A DNA stretch of 64,000 nucleotides from the IMG/VR virus record IMGVR_UViG_3300042197_001007. The stretch is one strand, 5' to 3'. Below, one piece after another: positions 42,941 to 52,156 of this stretch. A program made the translations under genes and the position numbers. The notes beneath the pieces were generated by a model, which was not told the origin of the DNA, did no database searches, and worked only from the letters and a program-made list of their open reading frames with translations. This stretch comes from a virus. Numbering within the stretch: the stretch's first letter is position 1; each line of letters begins with the position of its first letter.

Positions 42941-45087
42941 GCGACATACTCCACGAAAGAATTAAGAAGTTTTTTGTTGGTGGATTTAGAATTCAGCATC
43001 TTTTTAAATGCTTTCGTAATATCACCTTTCTTGGCACCGTACTCTACATCAAAAGCAGAGGTTTCGTCAAGAGAGTTGTTACTAATGGCATACAAAGCAG
43101 TAAACGATTTGGGATGAGGAATGATGGCAGACTTTTCTTTTTTCCACTGCTTCTGAATTTCACCATAGTAAGCAACGTCGGCATACGAGCAGACAAAGTT
43201 AGAGAGTTGGGAACCAGAAAGAATACGGAAACCCAACACATTCACGCCAGGGTTACGGTCACGCAGTTGCTGAATGAAGGTATTGGTATTACCTTCCCAT
43301 CCTTCAAATGGCATATAAACACGACCGGTCTGACGATCACGAAGGCGAACGCCACTATCAAGACGGCGGGGGCGCACATAAGAACGATCGCGGTATTCAT
43401 CATAGAACTTGCGACCATAGGCAATCTGACAAGCTTCACCATCAGAAAGAATACAGACATTCACTTTCTGAAGATCGTTCTGTTTCTTAAACTGTGGAAT
43501 GATGTAGTTAAGCATGATGATGCCCTCATTCAGAGGAGTGCCAGACAAACCAAGACCGGTGGTAGCACTGTAGTAAGTGTGGTAGGTATAGGTGTATGCT
43601 TCTCGGAAAAGATTACGGCACATACGCTCATAGTCCTTACCGTTAGAACGAGAAGAAACAAAGTTTACCAGATGGAACATACCTTTCTGGAGATAGATTT
43701 TGTTCTCGTGACAACCGGCGGAAGAGAAATATTCATCATTAGAGATGTACGGATCTCTACCTTCCTTGGCACGACGAACACAGAAGTAATCGTTCGTGAA
43801 AGCATACACTTCAAACGGGATCTGAACTTTCTTACAGAAGGCAGTAAGGTTCAGAAGTTGTTTGACAGTAGCAAAGATCTCACGCTGCATGGATCCAGAC
43901 CAGTCAAGCAGAAACAGCAGACCATGGTTCTTACCGTCAGGAAGGATCGTAACCTTCTTGAAGATATCTTCGTTATAAAGATAAGTATGAAGCTTGGTGG
44001 TATCAAGAACACCAGTCTTAGAGACACCAGCACGAGCATAAGCATCAGCAGACTTACGGCATTCAAACTCCTTCACAAGATAATTCACTTCTTTCTGTGA
44101 TTGCTTACGGAAAGAAAGGTAATCTTGATCTACTTCATCAAAAGCAGTAGCAGGCAGATGATCATTAGCTTCGCGCTGTTCATCAATCCAGTCATGAACT
44201 TCGGTCCAGTCAGCAATATAGTCTTCAAGGACTACGCTATCGGGGATCTCAACATATAGAGTGTTGTTGCTACTATACCCAGTCAAACGCTCAGCAGCAC
44301 GATCAAAGGCATCTTGAGTTTGAGAACACTCATCGTCACCTTCATCACCAGCAGCATCGGCATCCTCACCTTTCGGTTGAGTAGCACCACCAGTTTGCTG
44401 ACCCTGCTGATCAGAGTTGCTGGAAGGTTGGTCTTCGTCAGCATCACCCTCGGTTTCATCATCACCCCCAGATTGGGTCATATCACCCCCACCTTGAGTG
44501 GTTTGCTCAACATCAACGTTGGCATCTACTTTCTCTTGTTCTTTCTCTTGCTTGCTGAAGTTATAAACATCAACAGCAATCTGAAGAACTTCATCAAAGC
44601 TCTCTGCTTCTTCGGTACGAGCAACAAACACTTGCTCATCAACAGAGAAAGGAATGAAGGCACCAGCACCAATCTTGAAGTGAAGATTAATACGGTCAAT
44701 CAAGCTATAAGTATTCAGATCATCACCAGCAATATCAAAGAAATCCTGGGCATTCAGTTCTTGATAACCACCAGCAAAAGATTTACGCAGACCAGGATAC
44801 TTACGCTTCATCAGCTTCTCAATACGAGCATCCTCAATCACGTTGATGAAGTCTTTAGGGCATTCTGCCTTGGCAGTCCAATCCTCGTTGGGGGTGAAGA
44901 GAGCGTGTCCCACCTCATGACCCACCAGCATATCATATACGATGCTGGAAGCACGGTCCCAGTTTGGGAGGGTCAGCACACGGGTCTCAACGTTGAAGGA
45001 CGCTGTAGGGCAGTTACGGTGCTCTACAACGAGGTTTTCAGTAGCGAGCAGGCGGGCAAGGTTGCCCTTGATTTCTTGGCGGGTCAT
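42937..45087 (-). CDS. CobT-like protein: HEXXH metallopeptidase-like N-terminus, acidic linker, vWA domain
   Basis: HEVGH; LLDWSGSM MIDAS; GTPLNE; ILSDGEA. Confidence 0.8.
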   Translation of the reverse strand: MTRQEIKGNLARLLATENLVVEHRNCPTASFNVETRVLTLPNWDRASSIVYDMLVGHEVGHALFTPNEDWTAKAECPKDFINVIEDARIEKLMKRKYPGLRKSFAGGYQELNAQDFFDIAGDDLNTYSLIDRINLHFKIGAGAFIPFSVDEQVFVARTEEAESFDEVLQIAVDVYNFSKQEKEQEKVDANVDVEQTTQGGGDMTQSGGDDETEGDADEDQPSSNSDQQGQQTGGATQPKGEDADAAGDEGDDECSQTQDAFDRAAERLTGYSSNNTLYVEIPDSVVLEDYIADWTEVHDWIDEQREANDHLPATAFDEVDQDYLSFRKQSQKEVNYLVKEFECRKSADAYARAGVSKTGVLDTTKLHTYLYNEDIFKKVTILPDGKNHGLLFLLDWSGSMQREIFATVKQLLNLTAFCKKVQIPFEVYAFTNDYFCVRRAKEGRDPYISNDEYFSSAGCHENKIYLQKGMFHLVNFVSSRSNGKDYERMCRNLFREAYTYTYHTYYSATTGLGLSGTPLNEGIIMLNYIIPQFKKQNDLQKVNVCILSDGEACQIAYGRKFYDEYRDRSYVRPRRLDSGVRLRDRQTGRVYMPFEGWEGNTNTFIQQLRDRNPGVNVLGFRILSGSQLSNFVCSYADVAYYGEIQKQWKKEKSAIIPHPKSFTALYAISNNSLDETSAFDVEYGAKKGDITKAFKKMLNSKSTNKKLLNSFVEYVA

Positions 45088-45143
45088 CGGTTTTTTGCTG
45101 ATGTGATAAGCATAGCAAGAGGGGCACCCCCTTGGAGGCACCC

Positions 45144-46874
45144 CTATTCCAGTTCAGAAACTGTCTCTTGGATCACGGAGAAGTTCTTTTCCTTCACCGC
45201 TGTCAGCGTTCTGTCAAACTTTCCTTCCAGTTGTTCTCTGTGAGAAATGACATAAACATTTGTTTTTTCATCAAAGTTACGAAGGATCCATCCAAGATCA
45301 CTGCCACCCTGTTGATCCAAAGAACTATCAAAGATCTCATCTAAGATTAGAAGATTAGTATCCACGCTATTCTTAAGTTTAGCAATAGAACGCCAAGTAA
45401 GCAACAGAGCAATATCAATTCTAGCTTTCTCTCCTTCGCTGAAACTATCATAGGAAAACACATCACGGTATCTGGATTTGATGATCTCTTCAAAGTTTTC
45501 ATTCAGTGTGAAATTCACATAGAAATCCATACGTTGAAGATATTGATTGATCAATTGGTTCATCGCTGGGAGATAGGTTTTGATAATCCTTGTCTTGATC
45601 CCGTTGTCTTTCAACAACTGCGATGCTACCAACAGTGTATCACGTTCTTTCTTGTAGTCAGCAAAAGTCTTGGTCAAATCTTTTTTATTTGTAACAAGTC
45701 CTTCAAGTTTGACAAACTCTGCTTTCTTGTCTGGGTTCGTTTCTTCCAGTTCTTTGATCTCAGTTTCTATATCACTGATTGCTTTTCGTATGGAAGTAAT
45801 CTGATAATTCGCCTGAGTAATAGAAGAGTTGAAGCCAAGTATAATTTTTGATAATCTTGAGAATTCATTTTCTCGTTCCTCTTCTTTTGCGATAGCATCT
45901 AAAAGATCTTGAACACCAGTCTGAAGATTATTTAATTCTCCTTCTCCCTCAGTGATTTTACTCTGTCTAAATTCTTCACTCAGATCTTGAGTACAAGTAG
46001 GACACACATGATTATCAGTGAAGAAGGCATGTTCTTTCTGACAAGATGAAAGTTTTGATTGAATTTTGAAGAGAAAATTGTTTAACTTCTTTAACTTGGA
46101 AGAAGAATTTGATAGGTCTTCCATTTCTTTAGAATGTTTTTCAACTTCAGAAGTCAGACGCGCAATCTCATGATGCTGTGTGTTTTCATCTTCTAACAAT
46201 ACAGCAATCTTATTCTGTTTGCGGTCAATCTCTTCTTTGGTCTTCTTCTCCAGTTCCAGCATATAGTTTTTCTGGAGCTCAATCTTCTCTTCCAGAAGGT
46301 GAAGTTCGTAGTCAAGGTTCTTGATCTCATCATTGTTCTCTCTGACTTTATCCTTGAGAAGAATATTCATGGTAGAGAACACCTGAATGTCAAGAATGTC
46401 TTCAATGATTTCACGACGTTGTGCCAGAGGCAAACGCATAAAGGGAACAAATGTTGAGGATCCAAGCACCACAATCTGGGTGAAAGATTTGTAATTCAGT
46501 TTGAGAACGTTTTGTTCAAAGTTCTTTTGCTGATCGACAACTGTACTTTCTTGGTTCCACAACTGATCATTACAGTAGATCTCGAATTTATTTGGTTTGA
46601 TCCCACGAACCACTTTGTAATCATTCTTGCCGATGCTAAATTCAATTTCGGTAAGACAGTCTTTTTCGTTGATACTATTAACCAGCAGTGGCTTGTTGAT
46701 CTTACGAAATGGTTTGCCAAATAAAGCAAAAGTAAGAGCATCCAAAATGGTACTCTTACCAGCTCCGTTAGAACCGATGATTAGATTTGTTTTTGCTCCA
46801 GTAAGGTCAACTTCACTAAAGACGTTGCCGGTGCTTAAAAAGTTTTTCCAGCGAATTTTTTTAAAGATAATCAT
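45144..46874 (-). CDS. gp46: recombination endonuclease ATPase subunit (SbcC/Rad50-like)
   Basis: GSNGAGKS, CPTC hook, FSEGEK, LDEIFD. Confidence 0.96.
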   Translation of the reverse strand: MIIFKKIRWKNFLSTGNVFSEVDLTGAKTNLIIGSNGAGKSTILDALTFALFGKPFRKINKPLLVNSINEKDCLTEIEFSIGKNDYKVVRGIKPNKFEIYCNDQLWNQESTVVDQQKNFEQNVLKLNYKSFTQIVVLGSSTFVPFMRLPLAQRREIIEDILDIQVFSTMNILLKDKVRENNDEIKNLDYELHLLEEKIELQKNYMLELEKKTKEEIDRKQNKIAVLLEDENTQHHEIARLTSEVEKHSKEMEDLSNSSSKLKKLNNFLFKIQSKLSSCQKEHAFFTDNHVCPTCTQDLSEEFRQSKITEGEGELNNLQTGVQDLLDAIAKEEERENEFSRLSKIILGFNSSITQANYQITSIRKAISDIETEIKELEETNPDKKAEFVKLEGLVTNKKDLTKTFADYKKERDTLLVASQLLKDNGIKTRIIKTYLPAMNQLINQYLQRMDFYVNFTLNENFEEIIKSRYRDVFSYDSFSEGEKARIDIALLLTWRSIAKLKNSVDTNLLILDEIFDSSLDQQGGSDLGWILRNFDEKTNVYVISHREQLEGKFDRTLTAVKEKNFSVIQETVSELE

Positions 46875-47134
46875 TCTAAATCATCAGGTGGGATCAAAAA
46901 ATCATCGGGGGTTATGATAGAGAACTTCTGTCCTCTCTCTTGACATGCCCCTATTATAACATGATCGTCAATCTCTACGATCTGCATCGGGGGGTAATCC
47001 GGATCTTCTTGTAACATTAATAAGTATCTGTCGGCATCATCTTCTTCTTGAAAAATTGGTATGATGCGATCGTCTTCTTCGTCAAAGATAGAATAAACGC
47101 CATCAGGATGATTTTCTAACGTTACAATATACAT
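46871..47134 (-). CDS. DUF3110-like hypothetical protein
   Basis: IPIFQEEDDA.RY...L. Confidence 0.65.
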   Translation of the reverse strand: MYIVTLENHPDGVYSIFDEEDDRIIPIFQEEDDADRYLLMLQEDPDYPPMQIVEIDDHVIIGACQERGQKFSIITPDDFLIPPDDLE

Positions 47135-47135
47135 T

Positions 47136-48176
47136 TCAGACAACGTTACAACTTTCAATATATAGAGATCTCATTAACTTTTTGAGATCTGATTTGCTGA
47201 CTGACATTTCAACCTCATCAATATACTCATTGAGAAGCGTAAGTGTGTCTTTTGTTGAGATATCAAGATCTTCTTGATTGTCCTCACCAACAAGATTTTC
47301 AATGATCTTCACATCATGAACACCTATGTTGTAAAGACGATCAACCAGTGTTTCAAACATTTGGTAGTCTTTCTTTTCGTTGACAATGATCTTGATGTAC
47401 TTGTCTTTATAATCAGACACATCTTGTTTGTTGTAGTCTGTTTGTGTGTCGTCGTAGGTAATCTTTTCAAAGATTTCAAACGGGTTAGGGATAAACTTAA
47501 GTTTATCAGTTTCAGTTTCGTAAATATGAAATCCACGGGTGTCCTTATAATCATTCCAATACATTTGATAAGGATTGCCAAGATATTGGATGTTTCCTTT
47601 TTTGGAGCGGTGATGAAAATGTCCAGACCAGACGCGACTAAAACGATGAAATAGTTTAGGATCCATGCCATGATCCATCTTCATTCCTGGTGTAACTTCA
47701 AATCCATCCAGCTCAAGATGACCGCAACAAATATCAGCATCAACTCGTTCAAGTAACCCCAAGATCAAATCACGGTTCTCTGAGTTGATCCAAGGTAACA
47801 TCAGAAACTTCTTTGATCCAAAACCAACACGCTTTGGTTCAGAGTAGATGTAAATGTTTTTGTAATCCTTCAGCAGAAGTTCTGGTGAGTTAATCTTATT
47901 AGTATTCTTGTAATAAGTACAGTGATTACCAAGAAGCATATGAACATCGTAATTCTTTAGACGTTCAAAGTAATTCTCACGAACACGATGAAACGTATTG
48001 AAATCCATAGACTTGCGATTGTCAAAGGTATCGCCAAGATCAATCACAGCACATACCTTTTCTTTCTCTAAGGTTGGAAAGAATACTTCATCGTAGAACT
48101 TCTGAAAGTAATTCCAAAATGCCAGAGATCCTTTGCGACCATCAAGGTGTTGATCAGTGATTAGTGCTACTTTCAT
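47136..48176 (-). CDS. gp47: recombination endonuclease subunit (SbcD/Mre11-like)
   Basis: TDQH, LGDTFD, GNH, SGHFH. Confidence 0.96.
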   Translation of the reverse strand: MKVALITDQHLDGRKGSLAFWNYFQKFYDEVFFPTLEKEKVCAVIDLGDTFDNRKSMDFNTFHRVRENYFERLKNYDVHMLLGNHCTYYKNTNKINSPELLLKDYKNIYIYSEPKRVGFGSKKFLMLPWINSENRDLILGLLERVDADICCGHLELDGFEVTPGMKMDHGMDPKLFHRFSRVWSGHFHHRSKKGNIQYLGNPYQMYWNDYKDTRGFHIYETETDKLKFIPNPFEIFEKITYDDTQTDYNKQDVSDYKDKYIKIIVNEKKDYQMFETLVDRLYNIGVHDVKIIENLVGEDNQEDLDISTKDTLTLLNEYIDEVEMSVSKSDLKKLMRSLYIESCNVV

Positions 48177-48273
48177 AATGAGTTCTAATAATTTTGAAGA
48201 CCATTCTGATTTTGTTTGGATTTAATTCTCTTAACTTACGGATTGTTGCCAAGTCCAATTCAAAATCTTTCAT
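48154..48273 (-). CDS. 39-aa micro-ORF between gp55 and gp47
   Basis: MKDFELDLATIRKLRELNPNK...; ATGA coupling to gp55. Confidence 0.4.
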   Translation of the reverse strand: MKDFELDLATIRKLRELNPNKIRMVFKIIRTHYESSTNH

Positions 48274-48761
48274 CGGTTCATTCTGGTTTCAATGCTTTCT
48301 TTAATCGTTCCCATATCAGAATAAGATGCGTTCATACCAGTCATTGTACCATCAAATGTATCGGTATGCATGACTTCATCATATCCTGATCTTTCAAGAA
48401 TTTTTCCTTTAATTTCAAGCTGCTTTTTCTCCTTTTGAATACGACGGAGAAAAGCATAGTAGATAATCTGAGTAAAATAAGCAAACGGATTGGCTGATTT
48501 CTCTGGATCAAAATTATCAATGTACTGTAAACAATTTTCAATTCCGTCGCAAATCATATCCTCGCGGAACATGTAATTGACAAAGTTTGGTTTATAAGAT
48601 AAGTGAGTGGCAATCTTAAGAAAGCATTCCCCTAAGTAATTTGTTACTCTGGGGCGAGGTTTCCCTGCTTCCTTGGCAGCAATAACCTTCCGACGATATT
48701 CAGATATCGCGGCAAGAAACTCCTTATTGTTAACGTAGTTCTCTGTTTTTTTCTTGGTCAT
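48270..48761 (-). CDS. gp55: late-transcription sigma factor
   Basis: YVNNKEF, KPNF..Y..REDMI.DG.ENC, NPFAYFTQI. Confidence 0.96.
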   Translation of the reverse strand: MTKKKTENYVNNKEFLAAISEYRRKVIAAKEAGKPRPRVTNYLGECFLKIATHLSYKPNFVNYMFREDMICDGIENCLQYIDNFDPEKSANPFAYFTQIIYYAFLRRIQKEKKQLEIKGKILERSGYDEVMHTDTFDGTMTGMNASYSDMGTIKESIETRMNR

Positions 48762-48800
48762 TACTGCTGTGATCACGGTTTTCTCACATTATCTGTATCA

Positions 48801-48864
48801 AGTATAGCATTACGATGGTCAATTGTAAAGGGGGCTTGACACAACCTCAGAAACCCAGTACAAT
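48801..48864. promoter_or_regulatory. back-to-back sigma70 promoters (minus strand to gp55; plus strand antisense)
   Basis: Minus TTTACA(48829-48824)-17-TATACT(48806-48801); plus TTGACA(48836-48841)-17-TACAAT(48859-48864). Confidence 0.65.
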
Positions 48865-48897
48865 AACTCTGTCAAGGGTTCAAGGGAATTAAAGCTT

Positions 48898-49296
48898 TTA
48901 ACTTTTCTTATAGATATCTTCTAAAGATTTTTTCATTTCCTTTATTGATCCGAGATATCCAGATTTACGGGGGAGTTTGTTAGCTCCGTTAACAAAACTT
49001 TTTCCACTTTCAAATCTGTTTAGGCTCTTTTCGTAAAATTCTAAAATTGTTTCTTCAATTTCAGACATTGTAAGAATGTGATCTCTACGAACCACAAACA
49101 TCTGGTCAAAAGTTGCTGATACCCATTCTTTAAGAACAAATCCAGTAACTTCTAACTGCCCTTTCTTTTGTTTAGCTGTTTCTACTAACAGTGGTCTATC
49201 TAATAAAAGTTTATCTTCTTCTGGCATATAACAAACTTTTGAAATAATTTCTTCGCCAGATACTAATTTAATAGTCGCATAAAATTCTTCTTCCAT
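48898..49296 (-). CDS. conserved hypothetical protein (132 aa, Sm-like beta fold suspected)
   Basis: FYATIKLVSGEEII.KV...LKEW. Confidence 0.75.
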   Translation of the reverse strand: MEEEFYATIKLVSGEEIISKVCYMPEEDKLLLDRPLLVETAKQKKGQLEVTGFVLKEWVSATFDQMFVVRRDHILTMSEIEETILEFYEKSLNRFESGKSFVNGANKLPRKSGYLGSIKEMKKSLEDIYKKS

Positions 49297-49298
49297 AT

Positions 49299-50768
49299 TT
49301 AATTTGCGCGTAGATTTACTTTGATTACCTCATACTTAAAGTTTTCTTCATTGTAAATATTAACTCGTTCGTTGAGGTGTTTAAGAGTATAATTTTGTCC
49401 ACCAATATCATCAGCAATATCATATAATGTTGCCATGTCTTTTCCTTCTCCCTTTCGTAAAACCCTACCAATTGATTGAAGGTTTCTAATTCTTGATTTG
49501 CTTGGAGAAGCAAAAATAATATTGTGTAATCTTTTGATGTTAATACCAGTAGAGAAAGTTCCGTATGAAGCAATAATTACAGCATTATTTTCATTCTCGG
49601 TAATTTGTCTGACTTGCTCTCTATCCTCTACATCTGTTCCGCCGTGGACAAAAAATATTTTTCGTGACGGATCAACTGTCTTATTTATTAAATCAAAAAG
49701 TGGTTCACCGTGTTTCTCAATATAGTTGAATAGCACAAGTGTATTACCTTCAATATCTTTTACAAGATTTTTAATCAGATTATTTCTTCCCTTGTGCGAT
49801 ACAAGATAATCAATTTCATCATGATAGCTTTCAAAGTATTGCGGAGCATGTTTACAAAGCAACACTTTAATCCTAAATTTAGATAGATAACCTGACTTGA
49901 TCAGATCATCAGTCTTTGTCACACGCTCACAATCACCAAACAAACCTTCCAAAACCCACTTGTGTGTTTTACTGCCATCAAGGGTTCCAGTAAAACCAAA
50001 TCTATATTTCGCATTATGAAGTTTTGTCATAATACCAGTGAGTGATTTAGATTTGAATAGATGAGCTTCATCCCCAATCACACAATCAAAATCATCAAAG
50101 TATCTTTTAGGAAACTTATAGATTGATTGCCAAGTTGAAATGATAATGGGTTTATCAGTATTCTTATCTTTACCAGAGTAAATCTTATGAACATAATCAT
50201 CCGCATTCCAACCGTAATCCTTAAAGTCATTGACCATCTGTTCTACGAGGGACGTAGTAGGGACGATGATCAACGTTTGCTTGTCGGTAGCAGTATAGTA
50301 TCTGACGAGGGCATAGATCATCAAAGACTTCCCAGATCCAGTAGGAGAAAGAAGTAATTTACGATTATTCTTAATCGCTTCATAAACAGCAGTGTATTGA
50401 TACTCCCTTGGTTTAATTCCATCTCTGGTAATTTTGTCCATGAAAGTTTTGATGCCAGCAATAGAAACAAAGTCGTTTGTTTCAGTAACATCTCCATACC
50501 AATCATTCTTTTCATACTGTATTGTGTACTGACGTTCTTCTGCCCACACCTGAAGGTGCTTCATCAGTCCACCATACAGTTCACCAGTTCCTGGAGAATA
50601 AAGACGAATAGTTCCATCCCAGTATTTGTAACGTGGATTTTTCTTCAGAAACTTTGCTTCGGGAACTTCAAATGTAAAATAATCCGAGAGCTCCATGTGA
50701 ACATGAGGCTCTGCGGACTGGATAGTAACGTATACTTCGTTCTTCTTCTTTACAGATAGGAGGGTCAT
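49299..50768 (-). CDS. uvsW: SF2 DNA helicase
   Basis: SPTGSGKS, GDEAH, QSIGRVLR. Confidence 0.95.
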   Translation of the reverse strand: MTLLSVKKKNEVYVTIQSAEPHVHMELSDYFTFEVPEAKFLKKNPRYKYWDGTIRLYSPGTGELYGGLMKHLQVWAEERQYTIQYEKNDWYGDVTETNDFVSIAGIKTFMDKITRDGIKPREYQYTAVYEAIKNNRKLLLSPTGSGKSLMIYALVRYYTATDKQTLIIVPTTSLVEQMVNDFKDYGWNADDYVHKIYSGKDKNTDKPIIISTWQSIYKFPKRYFDDFDCVIGDEAHLFKSKSLTGIMTKLHNAKYRFGFTGTLDGSKTHKWVLEGLFGDCERVTKTDDLIKSGYLSKFRIKVLLCKHAPQYFESYHDEIDYLVSHKGRNNLIKNLVKDIEGNTLVLFNYIEKHGEPLFDLINKTVDPSRKIFFVHGGTDVEDREQVRQITENENNAVIIASYGTFSTGINIKRLHNIIFASPSKSRIRNLQSIGRVLRKGEGKDMATLYDIADDIGGQNYTLKHLNERVNIYNEENFKYEVIKVNLRAN

Positions 50769-51241
50769 TATTGTCCATTGATAAACTTTTCCCACTCAAT
50801 GGCACTCTTGATCTGAAAACCTCTATTGGAAATTTGACGCATGACTTGATCTAACCAGTAAAGCATCTGGTCTAAGTATTTGATCTTTGCCTCAAGGTTA
50901 ACAATATCATCGTCTGCCTCAAGATAAGTTTTCATTTTTTCTGAAGTCTTTATGCTTGACCCGAATGGTTTAGAGGCGTAAGTCTTTGCGTCTGCCTCAC
51001 CAGAATAATACTCACGTTTCTCTTTAACCAACTTTCGGATCTCAAACTCTAACGAAGTTTTGATCTGAGAAATGTCAGTGTAATGGTTTAAGTATTTATT
51101 ATGTTGAAAAGGGATGTCTAACGCAAGTTGCCCCAGATCTGTGGTATACTGTTTGTTCTTGAACTGGAAATCTACTGCGCTATCTTCTGCCCATTCTTCT
51201 CTTAATTTTTCAAATTTATTACGAAGATTTTCAAAATTCAT
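50768..51241 (-). CDS. uvsY: recombination mediator
   Basis: H.KYL...K.EYYSG...R.FQIKSAIEW.KF..G. Confidence 0.9.
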   Translation of the reverse strand: MNFENLRNKFEKLREEWAEDSAVDFQFKNKQYTTDLGQLALDIPFQHNKYLNHYTDISQIKTSLEFEIRKLVKEKREYYSGEADAKTYASKPFGSSIKTSEKMKTYLEADDDIVNLEAKIKYLDQMLYWLDQVMRQISNRGFQIKSAIEWEKFINGQ

Positions 51242-51756
51242 AAGGGTTTCATATTTTTGTTCAAGATGAAAAATCGCTGATGCTTGAATGTAACTTCAGC
51301 TGTGATATAATCCACATCTGTCATTGTAGCATTGAATTCAAGACCAGACAATGACACAGGAAAAATATTTTCAAACGATACAATAAATGCTGGATTGTAG
51401 GCAGAAGTTACAATGTGTAATTGAGCATTGCTGTATTCTTCTTCTGGTGGAGTGTCGGCATCATCATCTGCTCTACCGTTCTGACGCATCCACTTGTGAA
51501 TTGAATAGTAATTCTTCAGATCTTCATCAACAATAAATTGTACAGTAAAATCTCCAAAGTTTACACCACCACCAGGAATAATTGGTAGATTGCGAAAGCG
51601 TGTTGAATATTCAATCGTTGGCATATTAATGTCGGGAACGTTTGCTCTTTGACAAAAGAAATCAGTTCCTTCAAATTTTTCCAACTTTAGGAGATAACCA
51701 ATAGGATTTAAAAAATTCCTGTTCGTAGGTTGCTCCTTATACCATTTAGCAGACAT
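51238..51756 (-). CDS. gp3: tail completion/tube terminator protein
   Basis: NFL.P.G..L......FFCQ.AN.P...F.VDED..NY...FP.SLSGLEF. Confidence 0.88.
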   Translation of the reverse strand: MSAKWYKEQPTNRNFLNPIGYLLKLEKFEGTDFFCQRANVPDINMPTIEYSTRFRNLPIIPGGGVNFGDFTVQFIVDEDLKNYYSIHKWMRQNGRADDDADTPPEEEYSNAQLHIVTSAYNPAFIVSFENIFPVSLSGLEFNATMTDVDYITAEVTFKHQRFFILNKNMKPL

Positions 51757-51770
51757 GTCAACTTCCCAAG

Positions 51771-51908
51771 CTATACCATATTTATTCTTTGAAATAAAGG
51801 CATCTCACAAGCATCTTCCCATTCTGGTTCATACAATGGACAAGGTTCTTCCATTAGTACATCGTTTTTGATTTTTATGATTTGTTCGTATAGTTGATCA
51901 AATTCCAT
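51771..51908 (-). CDS. 45-aa acidic micro-protein
   Basis: Hand translation MEFDQLYEQIIKIKNDVLMEEPCPLYEPEW... Confidence 0.55.
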   Translation of the reverse strand: MEFDQLYEQIIKIKNDVLMEEPCPLYEPEWEDACEMPLFQRINMV

Positions 51909-51909
51909 T

Positions 51910-52077
51910 TTAAGAGTGATATTCGTTTATAAAATCTAAGAGTTCATTTAGAACCCATTGTGCTCCTGCTTTTTTATCTTCTGAGCAATTGAAGCATATT
52001 TCATTGTTATGTAGAGATGTTTTTAACTTATAAATTTTGCTTTGAATATCAACCTTAGACAGGCGACCTCTTGACAT
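51910..52077 (-). CDS. 55-aa hypothetical protein
   Basis: Hand translation MSRGRLSKVDIQSKIYKLK...; late-promoter-like TTAAATA upstream. Confidence 0.6.
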   Translation of the reverse strand: MSRGRLSKVDIQSKIYKLKTSLHNNEICFNCSEDKKAGAQWVLNELLDFINEYHS

Positions 52078-52108
52078 TGGAGATTATTGAATGCTAAATC
52101 TATTTAAT

Positions 52109-52135
52109 AAAAAAGGGACCCCTCTCGGGGTCCCC
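52109..52135 (-). terminator. gp23 terminator
   Basis: GGGACCCC-GAGA-GGGGTCCC plus U-run. Confidence 0.85.
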
Positions 52136-52156
52136 AGTATTAATGTGTGAATTAAC

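Noticed and set aside
41341-45243. Long plus-strand ORFs (392, 328 and 309 aa) opposite cobS and the CobT-like gene
   Set aside because: Antisense shadows of strongly codon-biased real genes; no SD, promoter or recognisable motifs.
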